36,472 nt of DNA from the NCBI GenBank assembly GCA_002269645.1, contig NIVC01004740.1:1-36472 (forward strand), written 5' to 3'. Shown one piece after another: positions 1 to 12,974 of the stretch (position 1 is its first letter; the number at the start of each line of letters is the position of its first letter). Made by a program: the position numbers and the translations under genes. The DNA comes from Macrostomum lignano. Lineage: Eukaryota. The notes under the pieces were generated by a model, which worked only from the letters and a program-made list of their open reading frames with translations, had not been told where the DNA came from and did no database searches.

Positions 1-73
1 CGCGTCACACAATTCCTGGATGAGCGCGGAAAATGATTTTAATGCGACTGAATAGCCAGATAAAATGTTCCAA

Positions 74-545
74 GTTTCTGACACTGCCTACCAAAGTTTC
101 TGACAGCCTAGCATTGACATCCTAGCAGAGTCTAACACCTAGTACAGTCTCTGACACCCTAGTAAGTCTCTGAGTGCCTACTAAAGTTTCTGACAGCCTA
201 GCATAGTCTGACATCCTAGCAGAGTCTGACACGCTAGTACAGTCTCTGACACCCTAGTAAGTCTCTGACTGTCTACCAAAGTTTTTGACACCCTAGCACA
301 GACTCTGACTGTCTACTAAAGTTTCTGACATCCTAGCAGAGTCTGACACCCTAGTACAGTCTCTGACACCCTAGTAAGTCTCTGACTGTCTACCAAAGTT
401 TTTGACACCCTAGCATAGCACAGTCTCTGACATCCTATCAAAGTTTCTAGCATCCTATCAGTCTCTGAATCCTACTAAAGTCTCTGACACCCTAAGCACA
501 GTCCCCTATTTACTACTAACTTTTCTGCCTTAGTCTTTGACATCC
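74..545. repeat. Degenerate tandem repeat, ~19-20 bp core AGTCTCTGACACCCTAG(T/C)A
   Basis: Recurrent TCTGACACCCTAG / AAAGTTTCTGACA blocks; ends approximate. Confidence 0.7.
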
Positions 546-1459
546 TTACTACAGTACCTGACCCCTTCCCCCAAAATAAACAAATCAATCAATTTACCAT
601 ATTTTGCATTTAACAATAGATATTTATTAGACGTTAACAAGAGCGCGTCGTTCGACAACAGGTGCAAATATAATTGTTTACTAAAAAGATAGTACAGCGC
701 GACAGACAGACAGACTTACTGACAGGCAGAAGCCACTTAAATTAGAATTGTAAAACAAATTGGGCATTGAAATTTCTGATTAACTTTTGCAATACAATAA
801 TAATAGATCGATAGAGGACTTCAGATAAAGCAACGGGATAATTTCGACTAAAAAAAGATACACATTGTCGCTACTAATAGTATTATATGTATAAATACAT
901 ACTCCATACATGAATTTAAGTTATTCATGTAAAGACTGATATAGCTAAATATATGGTATGATTGCAGCTACTAATGTACTGGATTAATTTGTAACTCAGC
1001 AATAGAGATAGAATATGTGCCGATAAATCTGTTGATTGAACAGCTTGCCAGGTTAATGAATTAAGCAACTGACAGACAGACAGACAGGTCACCTGAATTA
1101 TTATTGTAGAAGACACCTGGAAACTTTCAGTTTAAAAAAACATGTTTAGTCGGGATTTCTTTTAACAAAAGATCGATAGTAATTGAGTGCCTGTTCGTCG
1201 GGTGAAATAATTTATTATGATTTTCAGTTGGAAAAACAACATTTTTTTGGAAGATGCAAATCATTGTTTTATTCAATTGCCTGTCAATTTTGCGGGTTTG
1301 GGTTGGGTAGAAAACGAGCAGATTTTTATTCATTCACTCACGGTGGTTGGCGAATTAAAGTACATAGCAAAGGATTTCAATTTTCATAATGCGAAACAAT
1401 ATATTAGTAGTAGTAGTATTATCATAACAGCTAAGCAGCTTGTTTTCGAGTGCGTGAAT

Positions 1460-1465
1460 TTTATT
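1460..1465 (-). promoter_or_regulatory. Candidate AATAAA polyadenylation signal for calnexin
   Basis: TTTATT on + strand ~160 nt downstream of the stop codon; AT-rich context makes a chance match possible. Confidence 0.35.
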
Positions 1466-1621
1466 TGAGTCTAAAGATAAAAACCGAAGCATGTACTAGT
1501 AGAGTATATCGTAGCAGAGTTAGTTGCTATGCCTTCGAACTGCAGAATTTTACTCAACTGACTACACAGACCGAGCGAGCGGACAGCTTTAGCAAACAGT
1601 TGAAACTTTGAACAGCCATTT

Positions 1622-1661
1622 TCACTCCTTGCGAGGTGCGCGCTTGCGGGCGCTGCCGGAC
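1622..1661 (-). CDS. CANX: Calnexin exon 4 (last coding exon; (E)SGSARKRAPRKE*)
   Basis: Acceptor ...caccgcag|G at 1662/1661 completes the GA|G codon from exon 3; TGA at 1624-1622; basic C-terminal tail resembles the calnexin ER-retention tail. Confidence 0.85.
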
Positions 1662-1720
1662 CTGCGGTGAAAATGGAGTGAAATTTGTAACGAAGCTACA
1701 TCGCGATAGCGGCTGACTGA

Positions 1721-2335
1721 CTTTGTGACTGTGGTGGCCGAGTGACTTTGTGACTTTGGTAGCCGAGTGACATTGTGACTGTGGTGGCCGAGTGACATTG
1801 TGACTTTGGTGGCCGAGTGACATTGTGACTGTGGTGGCCGAGTGACATTGTGACTTTGGTGGCCGAGTGACTTTGGTAGCCGAGTGACATTGTGACTGTA
1901 GTGGCCGAGTGACATTGTGACTGTGGTAGCCGAGTATCATTGTGACTGGCTGAGTGACATTGTGACTGTGGTCGCCAAGTGACATTGTGATTGTGGTGGC
2001 CGAGTGACATTGTGACTGTGGTGGCCGAGTGACATTGTGACTGTGGTGGCCGAGTGACATTGTGACTGTGGTAGCCGAGTATCATTGTGACTGGCTGAGT
2101 GATATTGTGACTGTGGTGGCCAAGTGACATTGTGACTGTGGTGGCCGAGTGTCATTGTGAATGGCCGAGTGACAATGGGACTGTGGCTGAGTGACATTGG
2201 TACTGTGGTGGCCGAGTGTCATTGTGACTGTGGTAGCCGAGTATCATTGTGACTGGCTGAGTGACATTGTGACTGGCTGAGTGACATTGTGACTGGCTGA
2301 GTGACATTGTGACTGGCTGAGTGACATTGTGACTA
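1721..2335. repeat. Intronic minisatellite, 25-bp unit AGTGACATTGTGACTGTGGTGGCCG with a 20-bp variant near 2250-2335
   Basis: Tandem units read directly; fills most of calnexin intron 3 (1662-2409). Confidence 0.9.
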
Positions 2336-2409
2336 CAAGTAACACGATAACGGAAAGTTCCGAGCGACACTATGAATATAGAAATGGCTAAACGATAAAA
2401 GAAACTCAC

Positions 2410-3092
2410 TCATTTCCAGCCTTGGCCGAATCGCCCTTGGCAGGCGCAGCCTCTTCTCCTTCATCGTCTCCAGCCTCCTCCCCATCCTGCTGCTCTCCAT
2501 TTTCGTCTCCCTCTTCATCTTCGTCGCTCTCCAGATTCGCTTTGGACTCGGTGGCGGCCGCCGGGGCGCCCGAATCTGGCGTGGCCTCGTCCGTTTTCTT
2601 CCGTCTGGCCGCCTGCGACGCCTGCGAAGCCGCCGGGGCCGGCGAGCCGCGGCAGCAGTAGACGATAAGCAGAACGGCAGGCAAGGCGATCACCAAGAGC
2701 AGCACCGCCCAGATCCACGGCCGGTCCTTCGTAGCATCGCGAACGGCGTCCACCACCGACTGGGCGCCAGGGTCGGCCAGTCGCTCGGCCTCCCGCTTCA
2801 CCGTCCAGGTCTGCTCGGCGAAATCGTCGGCCAGCGACTTGCGATCGACTATTAGCAGATTGTCGAAAACGACGCCGTCGTTCATCGACCAGAGCTCGAA
2901 GCCGATGGCGCCGATCGGGGCGAAGCGCCAGGGCTCTTTGTCCTCGAAATAGTCGGGATTGGGGATCACCCGCGGCTTCCAGATGCCCTTGTAGGCCGGT
3001 TGTCAATCATCGGGGCCGACCACTTGCCCTTGTACTTCGGATTCTTCACCTTCGGCCGGGTCCACGGGCCGCAGCCTGGCGCCTCCTTGCAC
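2410..3092 (-). CDS. CANX: Calnexin exon 3 (end of P-domain, luminal C-terminal part, TM helix, acidic cytosolic tail); one -1 frameshift near 2998
   Basis: Acceptor aaatccag|G at 3093/3092; [31 protein letters not shown] then a frame change to [17 protein letters not shown]...IGFELWSM...TM segment...YCC; donor GA|GTGAGT at 2410/2409. Confidence 0.9.
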
Positions 3093-3114
3093 CTGGATTT
3101 TGCAGAACGATTTC

Positions 3115-3950
3115 GGGATGATTATTGAAATGATTTCCAGATGATTATTAAAATGATTTCCAAATGATTATTGTGATGATTTCTAGATGATTATTGGAAT
3201 GTTTTCCGAATGATTGTTGGAATGATTTCAAGGTGATTATTAGAATGATTTCAAGGTGATTATTGGAAATATTTCAAGGTGATTATTGGAATGTTTTCCG
3301 AATGATTGTTGGAATGATTTCAAGGTGATTATTAGAATGATTTCAAGGTGATTATTGGAATGTTTTCCGAATGATTGTTGGAATGATTTCAAGGTGATTA
3401 TTGGAATGATTTCAAGGTGATTATTGGAATGATTTCAAGGTGATTATTGGAATGATTTCCAGATGATTATTAAAATTATTTCCAGATGATTCTTAAAATT
3501 ATTTCCAGATTATTATTAAAATGATTTCCAGATTATTGTTGAAATGATTTTAAGGTGATTATTGGAATGATTTCCAGATGATCATTGAAATGAGTTCCAG
3601 ATGATTATTGGAATGACAATCCAGACAATCACAGAAATGATTTCCAGACAATCACAGAAATGATTTCCAGACAATCACAGGAATGATTTCCAGACAATCA
3701 CAGAAATGATTTCCAGACAATCACAGGAATGATTTCCAGACAATCACAGGAATGATTTCCAGACAATCACAGAAATGATTTCCAGACAATCACAGGAATG
3801 ATTTCCAGACAATCACAGGAATGATTTCCAGACAATCACAGAAATGATTTCCAGACAATCACAGGAATGATTTCCAGACAATCACAGAAATGATTTCCAG
3901 ACAATCACAGGAATGATTTCCAGACAATCACTGAAATAGTTTGCAGATGA
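3115..3950. repeat. Intronic minisatellite, 23-bp units GATTATTGGAATGATTTCAAGGT grading into GGAATGATTTCCAGACAATCACA
   Basis: Tandem units read directly; fills calnexin intron 2 (3093-3993). Confidence 0.9.
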
Positions 3951-3993
3951 TTATTGGAATGCTTCAGAATAAAAAAAACAGACAAAGCCTCAC

Positions 3994-4538
3994 TTGGGAT
4001 TGTCAACCTGCGCCGGCTCCCAGGACCCGTCCATATCCTCGTCCCAGTCCTTGGGCTTCTCGGCCTTGGGATCTGGGACGGTCAGCGGCTCGTCAACAAG
4101 CCAGCCCTGCGGCATGACGGCCTCGGCGTCTTCGATAAACTCCGGCTGAGTCTCGTCCCAGTCGTCCGGCTTAACGGCTTTGGGATCGGGGATTTTCTCG
4201 CGCTCGTCCCAGTCGGCCGGCTTCTTGTCGTTAGGATCGTCAATCTCTTTAGGCGGGTTCACCGGCGGCTGCATGTCCTCTAGGAGACTGCCGCTGTTCA
4301 CCAGGCTCCTGTCAACGTACACCTCGAAGCTATTGTCCGAGTTCAGCACCAGGGTGTACAGGTGAGTTCGCTTGTCGTTAAAGTACGAATCCAAATCAGC
4401 TTTGGGCTTTTTGGCGTGCTTCTCTTCGATTTTGCCAGATTTCGGATTCTTGTGCCGCAGAATGAAGTGCAGCTTATGGTCCATGCCGCACTTGTCAGGC
4501 CCGAACATGATGGTGTACGGAGTCTTGTCGTTGAACTC
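3994..4538 (-). CDS. CANX: Calnexin exon 2 (lectin domain and P-domain repeats)
   Basis: Acceptor ccccgcag|GAG; [48 protein letters not shown]; donor AA|GTGAGG at 3994/3993. Confidence 0.95.
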
Positions 4539-4605
4539 CTGCGGGGGTTGAGGGTGGGGCACGTTCGGCTTCGGGTGTGCAGTGGCATCGCATTGGGTTG
4601 CTGCG

Positions 4606-5995
4606 TCCCTCAGTGACAGCCGCTACCCTCCCTCAGTGTCTGCCGCTACCCTCCCTCAGTGTCTGCCGCTACCCTCCCTCAGTGTCTGCCGCTACCCTCC
4701 CTCAGTGTCTGCCGCTACCCTCCCTCAGTGTCTGCCGCTACCCTCCCTCAGTGTCTGCCGCTACCCTCCCTCAGTGTCTGCCGCTACCCTCCCTCAGTGA
4801 CAGCCGCTACCCCGCCCTCAGTGACAGCCGCTACCTTCCCTCAGTGACAGCCGCTACCCTCCCTCAGTGACAGCCGCTACCCCCCCCTCAGTGGCAGCCG
4901 CTACCTTCCCTCAGTGACAGCCGCTACCCTCCCCCAGTGACAGCCGCTACCCTCCCTCAGTGTCTGCCGCTACCCTCCCTCAGTGTCTGCCGCTACCCTC
5001 CCTCAGTGACAGCCGCTACCCCCCCCTCAGTGACAGCCGCTACCTTCCCTCAGTGACAGCCGCTACCCTCCCCAGTGACAGCCGCTACCCTCCCTCAGTG
5101 TCTGCCGCTACCCTCCCTCAGTGACAGCCGCTACCCCCCCTCAGTGACAGCCGCTACCCTCCCTCAGTGACAGCCGCTACCCTCCCCCAGTGACAGCCGC
5201 TACCCTCCCTCAGTGTCTGCCGCTACCCTCCCTCAGTGTCTGCCGCTACCCTCCCTCAGTGTCTGCCGCTACCCTCCCTCAGTGTCTGCCGCTACCCTCC
5301 CTCAGTGTCTGCCGCTACCCTCCCTCAGTGTCTGCCGCTACCCTCCCTCAGTGTCTGCCGCTACCCTCCCTCAGTGTCTGCCGCTACCCTCCCTCAGTGT
5401 CTGCCGCTACCCTCCCTCAGTGTCTGCCGCTACCCTCCCTCAGTGTCTGCCGCTACCCTCCCTCAGTGACAGCCGCTACCCCGCCCTCAGTGACAGCCGC
5501 TACCTTCCCTCAGTGACAGCCGCTACCCTCCCTCAGTGACAGCCGCTACCCTCCCTCAGTGACAGCCGCTACCCCCCCCCTCAGTGACAGCCGCTACCTT
5601 CCCTCAGTGACAGCCGCTACCCTCCCCAGTGACAGCCGCTACCCTCCCTCAGTGTCTGCCGCTACCCTCCCTCAGTGACAGCCGCTACCCCCCCCTCAGT
5701 GACAGCCGCTACCCTCCCTCAGTGACAGCCGCTACCCTCCCCCAGTGACAGCCGCTACCCTCCCTCAGTGTCTGCCGCTACCCTCCCTCAGTGTCTGCCG
5801 CTACCCTCCCTCAGTGTCTGCCGCTACCCTCCCTCAGTGTCTGCCGCTACCCTCCCTCAGTGTCTGCCGCTACCCTCCCTCAGTGTCTGCCGCTACCCTC
5901 CCTCAGTGACAGCCGCTACCCCCCCTCAGTGGCAGCCGCTACCTTCCCTCAGTGACAGCCGCTACCCTCCCTCAGTGACAGCCGCTACCCTCCTT
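4606..5995. repeat. Intronic minisatellite, 23-bp unit CCCTCCCTCAGTG(TCT/ACA)GCCGCTA
   Basis: Roughly 60 tandem units with two alternating variants; fills calnexin intron 1 (4539-6048). Confidence 0.95.
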
Positions 5996-6048
5996 AGTGA
6001 CAACATAGAAACAAGCCACAAAAGAGCACTGAGTGAATGCTAGCCAAC

Positions 6049-6591
6049 CTTCAGATCCATCCCGGGCCCGTCAGTCAGCAGTTTAACATAGGCTCCGCCG
6101 CAATCCATGCCGTTCTGAAACTTCACTTCGTATTGCATAACAAACTGCTTGCCGGGCTGGTCAAAGGCGAAAGGCTTAGCCAACTTAGCGGATACGGCGT
6201 GGTGTTTGGCTTTAGATTTGAGCACCAAAGCAAAGTCGGCATCAATGGCGCTGGACTCGGGCACTTCAACGGACCAGAAGCCGTCGTACTTGGACAAATC
6301 CGAGTCCACGCCTTCCTTCTTAGACTTGGACAGCACCAGCTGTTCAGCCAGATTCGATGGCGCAGTAAAGAATTGAGCATAATAGGCACCAGCTGGAACC
6401 TTTGGCGGCGTGAACACCGGCTTAGCAGGCGGGGCTGCCGCGTCTACACCGGCTTTATCGTCGGCCGGGTCGTCGTCGTCGGAGACGTCTGCTTCAGCGT
6501 CTGGTGATCTGGCATCCTCTGCACCAGCTGCCAATTCAGTGGCCAGCAGTAGTAGCAGGGCTAGGAGCAGCAATTTCATTCTGTGAGGCAT
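6049..6591 (-). CDS. CANX: Calnexin exon 1 (signal peptide and N-terminal lectin domain)
   Basis: Signal peptide MKLLLLALLLLLATELAAG; KYDGFWSVE, KAKHHAVSAKL, QYEVKFQNGMDCGGAYVKLL; donor AAG|GTTGGC at 6049/6048. Start ATG at 6591 or 6579 is uncertain. Confidence 0.93.
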
Positions 6592-6934
6592 AGCTGTCTG
6601 AAGATTGGCATGCAAAGATTTTATTTTAAATATGATTTTTCAAGAATTCTGTTTACATTTTTAGCATATTTAAGTAGGCAGATATGCTGAATTTTGTGCA
6701 CAATCTGTGCACTTTTAAGTATACCACCTGCTATACGCTGATACAATGAATACCATACAAAATACCTTAGGCCTATGAAATATAGCTATACATATGCATA
6801 TGCCGCCTCAATAATTTTACCTAGCTATGAAAATGTATAGCTATATCTAGAGAGTATTTTGTAAAACAGCTTTACTCTGTATGCAATTAAAATAATTTTT
6901 CTTTGAGTCACACATTTGTTTCACAAGTCTCACA

Positions 6935-7468
6935 AATGTGAAACTTCACAACCACTAATTTTTTGCAGTCACTTTCATAAACGTGAAACTTCACAACCGC
7001 TAATTTTTTTGCTGTCACTTTCACAAATGTGAAACTTCACAACTGCGAAACTTCATAACCGCTAAATGTCATCTACTTTCACAACTGTGAAACTTCATAA
7101 CCGCGAAACTTCACAACCACTAAAAAGACTGCAGTATATGAAAGTATGTGCAAAATTTTTTGTGGTTGTGAAGTTTCACAGTTATGAAGTTTCGCGGTTG
7201 TCAAAGTAGATGACATTTAGCGGTTATGAAGTTTCGGGGTTGAAGTTTAACGAAACTTCTTCTTGTTATGAAGTTTTGCGGTTGTGAAAGTAAATGACAT
7301 TTAGCGGTTGTGAAGTTTCGCATTTGTGAAGTTTTGTGCTTATGAAAGTGGGTGATTTAGTGGTTGTGAAGTTTCGCGGTTGTGAAGTTTTGCATTTATG
7401 AAGTTTTGCGTTTATGAAAGTAGGTGATTTAGCGGTTGTGATATTTTGCGTTTGTGAAAGCAACCCTA
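6935..7468. repeat. Fold-back cluster: GTGAAACTTCACAACCGC-like units on the left arm and their reverse complement on the right arm
   Basis: Orientation switches around 7120-7160; right end ...GCAACCCTA resembles a hAT TIR, but no matching left TIR was found. Confidence 0.7.
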
Positions 7469-8009
7469 TAAAATAACCCTACCACAACTTTTTGAAAAAA
7501 TGCAAAAATTAGTAATTGTCCATTTGAAAAATATTGGTAAAACTTGTATTTGAATCTGTTTCATAGAATATGCTATGTTAACATAAAAGTCATTAATTAA
7601 TTAATTAAAAAAGGAGTCAACATACTAGTAAACAAAAAGTGCTAATAAAAAGAAATAACATACTAATTCTCCATCAAAGAAAATATTGTCTTGTAAGAAG
7701 TTTTTGTCTTGCACGAAATTGTATTGACTTTTTTTGTCTTGCACTATACTGCGCTAGATTTTTCTCCCTTGCTTGCTGTTGCACCAGAATGTGTCAGTGC
7801 AGTGCATGTCCAACCCCTTTATGTACTGGAAATTTCCATAAAAATAGCCATCTTTTTGACTATAGTATGCAATACCATCCACATAGATTTATGGAACAAG
7901 AAATGAAAGAAACTTTTTCAACTTTTAGCATATAAAAGTATTTAAAAAATAAAAAAAACTTTTTTTATAATTGTCTTTTCTCAGTGCATGCTACAAAAGT
8001 GTATATTTT

Positions 8010-8688
8010 TAGAGCTGTCAAAATTAGAGATTTTATTCGAGATGAGATTCGAGATGAGAAAGGCTTATAAGTCAAGAATTTTGAGACGAGACAAGACAAA
8101 GTAAATCTAAAAAAATATATTTCAGAATTGCATCTTGTCTTGCTCTTTTCTTGTCTTATCTTGTCTTAAATTTCTTGATAAGATACAATTCTAAAATATA
8201 TTTTTTAGATTTTCCAGAATACTTTCTTAATTCTAGTTTTAATTCTTTGCTATTTATTCATAAGCATTTATGCTTGTAGCATATAGGCCCTTGGCCCTAC
8301 TATGTCTATTACTAATTCGTCAAAAGACCTATGTAGATTGTCTTCGAGTCTGTTGTGATACACCTTGCCGCAGAACTGAAATGATAACTAAAAGAGCACA
8401 TATGAAATGCAAACTTGTATATAATGATGTTCGTTAAATAACTAAAACTGCTTGACATTGGCTAGATTTTACCATTTGAAAATTGCCCTATCAAGCGTGT
8501 TACAAAAAACAGTTGTATTTATATGAAAATTTGCTTCCCTTTTTATATCTTATCACTTAAAAGCTTTTGAAAAAAGGTATTAGAAAAATTCTTGAATCTT
8601 GTCTTGAATTTCTTGACAAAATTTGAGATTTCTTGAGATGAGAAAAAATGTCAAGATCTTGTCTCGTCGAGATCTCTTGACAGCTCTA
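8010..8688. mobile_element. Non-autonomous hAT-type DNA transposon (MITE), 679 bp
   Basis: 12-bp perfect TIR TAGAGCTGTCAA...TTGACAGCTCTA; exact 8-bp TSD TATATTTT at 8002-8009 and 8689-8696; subterminal GAGA(T/C)GAGA / TCTTGTCTT repeats. Confidence 0.88.
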
Positions 8689-9099
8689 TATATTTTTTAA
8701 TTTGCTACTCTGCATGAATAATAAATTAAAAAAAGTATATAACTTTGGTATATAAAGTTTGAAAACAATCAAAACATTTTTTTAGTCCAGGTATATAAAT
8801 GTAGGGCAATTGTCAAGTTTCATTCATTAAATTATTTTGACTCTAGAAAAGTAATCTACAAACTTTTTAAGTACAAATAAATACTTTTAAGAGACTTAAG
8901 CCTGATTAAGCACTAATTCTATGCTTCAAAACTGTTTATAATGTATCTGACACCAAAAAGCTATAATAGTCTATGGCCAGAACATTTGACACATTTTTAA
9001 CTTGAAAAAATGTCTATGGTCAAGTCTAAACATCAATGACCTTTAACAAGTTGACAAATAACAAATAACTAAAAGTAAAGTCCTAATTTTAGTAAGGCT

Positions 9100-9345
9100 A
9101 TGCTGCATGCAGTGCATGCCATTCATGGGACTTCACAAGCCCTATTTGAAACATACTTAGAGGAATTGTGGCATCAACTGAACCCAGTGAAGCCATTTGA
9201 GAATATCCTAATTTCTAAGAAAAGAGCTGTGTGGGCAAACCTTGGTAGGAAAAACTTAGTGGACAAATCTCTCGCAGGCAATTAATTCACTTGTGGTTGC
9301 ACTGCAGACAAAGCTCCGAATCTTGGTGGGCAATTCTTGGCGGGC
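9100..9345 (+). pseudogene. Possible remnant of a Merlin/IS1595(ISXO2)-like transposase C-terminus
   Basis: HGTSQALFETYLEELWHQLNPVKPFENIL resembles, from memory, the ISXO2-type C-terminal segment; short and degraded. Confidence 0.35.
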
Positions 9346-12300
9346 AATACTAATAATACAGGCATAATACAGGATTATAAGGTTAATTTAAAAGCAGGCC
9401 TAGTCTATATTCTAAATGGATCTGAACAGAGTAGACGTTACTTACTACATTAAATTTAAATCTAAAAAGGCCTAGTGCTACTCTGAGTCGAAGACTATTA
9501 TCCACAACAAAAATTATGAATTAAGAAGACTAATAAATAGTAATACCTCCCTGACAAACGCTAATGACATGAGGAATCAGATCAGAGTTGCGCAATAATT
9601 GTTTATGTCATTCCGACATTTGTTCTATAAACTGACAATAAGGTGAATAGTATTCAATTAAAGACTGCCTTTGTTTTCTGCATAAGTTTGCATTGATGTA
9701 ATATACTCTAATGTTCGTAGTAGTATAGTATTGTATGCCGTTTAGACTTAGTAAGACATTTGATTAAGTTTGAAGCGCGCGCCAAGATAAATTACGTGTC
9801 TAAATGTACAGTTGAATAGGTACAAAAATCTGGCAAAAATATTTATTGGTTAAAACAAATTAATTTGATATACACAGTTAAAATTAATAAAACCTACAGT
9901 AATATTGAACAAAATTATTTCTACGTTCTTTTTAACAAATTTCCTCAGATAGACATTTTTTGTAGACTATGAGTTTAGAACTATGGCTGGCTGACAAAAA
10001 TAACTTGCCCACCTCATTCCAACTATTTAGCGCATATTGTGTTTAAATTTGCGAATGTATGTAAAATAAATCAAATCACAATTACAAATTTGAGCATTAA
10101 GGTGGGCGTGGTAAGTGTTTCTGATTCACTGTTTCGCTGATCTTGCTTACTCAAGCCTCAAGGCCGTTTATGTCCCTCACTTACTTTAGTTCTAAAAAAT
10201 TCGCTTTCAATAACTTCATAACAGTAATAAGTTTTCGTGCAGTAGCAAATTTACAAAAAAATAAATTCAACAGTCAAAGGTACTTATTTTCAGTGGCTAT
10301 CAGAAATTTTGGATTCATGTATTATGAAAGGAAAAAATTAGATTACGCCTTTTGTGCGTTACATATTCTTTTTGATATCGCGAATGTATTTCAAATTTGA
10401 AAATAATTACTGTTTCTTGGAATATTAGCTCGCAGCAATCATCTCAAGTCTTCTCTGTCCGTAGTGATTCAAGTCGACCTTCGAGGCGATCATTTAAAGA
10501 AAATTAGTTTTAACCCTTGCAACTTTAAACTTTCAATACACTAGTCTTTTTTATATTTACTGTACATGAATAGGGTAAATTTAGTAGTCACCAAAAGACA
10601 GGTAAAGGTAAATTAATTAAAATATCCAGCTTTTTAGTAGCTATATTTATATGATTATCATATTGAAAGCCACTTTGTTATAAATTGATGTAAATTATAT
10701 AAATTATATAAATAATTATAATTAGTATCTGGATTCTAAGCCTATCTCAACATTTGTCAGTCTAGAACCTAGACTAAATATTGATTTTCTTTTCATACAA
10801 ATATTAAATAATGACAAATCCACTTACCTCAATTTCAATCAGTAAATTTATAACAGAGCTTTTTTAATTACATTTTATTTGGCTTTAGTAGGCCTAGGCC
10901 TATCCTATGATTGTCAGAGGATAGCTAAAAAATAAAAAACAGAAAGTTTTTAAATAATATTCTAGGGTCAAATCAATTTTTATTATTATAGAAATAATTT
11001 GTAGAATTCTTTTAACTTTCTTTAGTTTAAAAAATTATTTGAGTACTAAATTCTAATCTAAAGTAAAATAAAAACATTTAAACTTAAAAAAATCCATAGT
11101 ATAAGATTACCCTTGCCCTATTGCAACTAATAGCTATGGTATTATTATATATAGTATCTTATGCAAATTGGCCTCTTATAGAATAGCTACAATCTGGCAT
11201 GCTAGCATAGTCTGGCATGGGAAAGGCCCAAAGGGGGATGTCTAGCATTGTTCAGACCTTTTTAAACTTTGGTTGCAGGAAGGTATCCTTATTGATATAT
11301 TGGGGCCATATGCTAAAGCTACTAATAAATAAAATTCTATTTATGCTGGCAGACAAAACAACTTTTTAACAAGAAAAATTATGGTATAGCTACATAGCTA
11401 GTAAAGCTAATTTTCCATAATTAAATATTGCGAGTCATGCAAAAAAAGTTAAAATTGGATATCAGTTTTTCTAAGTGTAATTTTGTTAATAGCAATATTT
11501 CAAAGAAATGATATAAATTTTAAACATCCATAGAAAAGAAGAACTTAATATTGATGGGAAGGGATGCTATAGTTACAAATATTGAAGGCAGAGACAGAGT
11601 TCGCTATTGAATACGATTGGCCAGCTGTTATGAGCATTATTATGATCCTATCTAATGATGATAATGCATTTTTATTATGAACAATTATTCAGCTTACAAA
11701 ATTCATATACAAAAAGTAACTGTATGTGTATATGTATACTATGGGTCCCTTGGGAAAAATATTTTTAGATTATATGCTTGTGCTTCTAGTTCTAACGTTC
11801 TAGATTCTTAGTTCTAGTTTTTAATTTTTAAGATATATAGATATTTATTTTCATTATTATATGTACCAGCATCATACTTAGTCTTAATATTTTGTGGCAG
11901 ATGAAATGACTGCATCGTATTTTTGCAAATGAAAGAATGGCAGACAAACTAGCAGTAGACAAATAACTGTCAACCACAACCAAATCTTCTCTAGCCTCAA
12001 CTTGCTACTGTTGCTAAATTTCCAAGGTGCTTTTTATCTAGGTTGGTCTTTTACTAAGCAACTTACCACTATCTACTATCATAGAGGCCTACAAGACCTA
12101 CCAAGGCTCTATGTCAATCATCTTTATTGACTTTTACAAGGCATTTATTTGACTTGGTATTTTTAGACTTGCAATTATATTGCAAGTCTATTATATTTTG
12201 GCTTTAGCCCTACTGTACCAGCCAACCAAGCAATTGCACTGCAGCTATACATTCCTACATTTCTACTCTGACTGACTACCTTATCACTAACTTGTAGGTG

Positions 12301-12974
12301 CTGGTACTAATATTTCAGACTAGGCCTATTGTTATTTGCCCCACCTACCTGTTCTATGAATGTGTATGCATATATAAAGAATGCAATCAATGCTAATATT
12401 TATAGCTCAATTTTGGGATAGCAAATTTCAATTTACCTAAAACACATTGACCAATTTATTTAACCTAGTTATTTAATTTTTTATTTAAAGCATTCTACTT
12501 TTTGCTTTAAAATATTTTCAAATTACATTAATACATACCAAATCTTCAATTAACTATATGAATGAAAAAATTTTAGATAGATACATTTACCTTTCTATTT
12601 TTATTTTCACTTTTTTTCTGTTTTCTAGTCTCAAAGTTAAACAGTTATTGAGCATAGTTTGCTTAATAAAGTCAAAGTATTTTGTTCTATATATTGACTA
12701 TATAAAATAAGATAAAGATTATATATGATTTAAATATTGCAATGATAACAATTCATGCACATGCATATTCATATTATTTCATACTAGCTATAATATTTTG
12801 TGATTATATAGTTGGTAAAATATTTATTTGATTGCTTATCAGCTACTGCCAATAATTGTGATCATTGGTTGCTAACAATTATAATACATTTTATAACTGC
12901 ACTTTAGTTTTAATATGCCCATTGAGACTATTTAAACTTGGTATTTAGTCTATGTTCAAGCAGAGGGTTGGGAG

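Noticed and set aside
2990-3005. Calnexin as a pseudogene or programmed frameshift
   Set aside because: A single G is missing from a G-run, with otherwise intact motifs and splice sites; the same error type recurs across the window.
1554-5995. ORFs such as MSLGHHSHNVT... and [11 protein letters not shown]..., plus plus-strand ORFs overlapping calnexin exons
   Set aside because: Minisatellite translations or antisense shadows of GC-rich calnexin exons.
9350-12960. Genes or RNA genes in the AT-rich intergenic stretch
   Set aside because: Only short low-complexity ORFs; no recognisable motifs, tRNA or rRNA.
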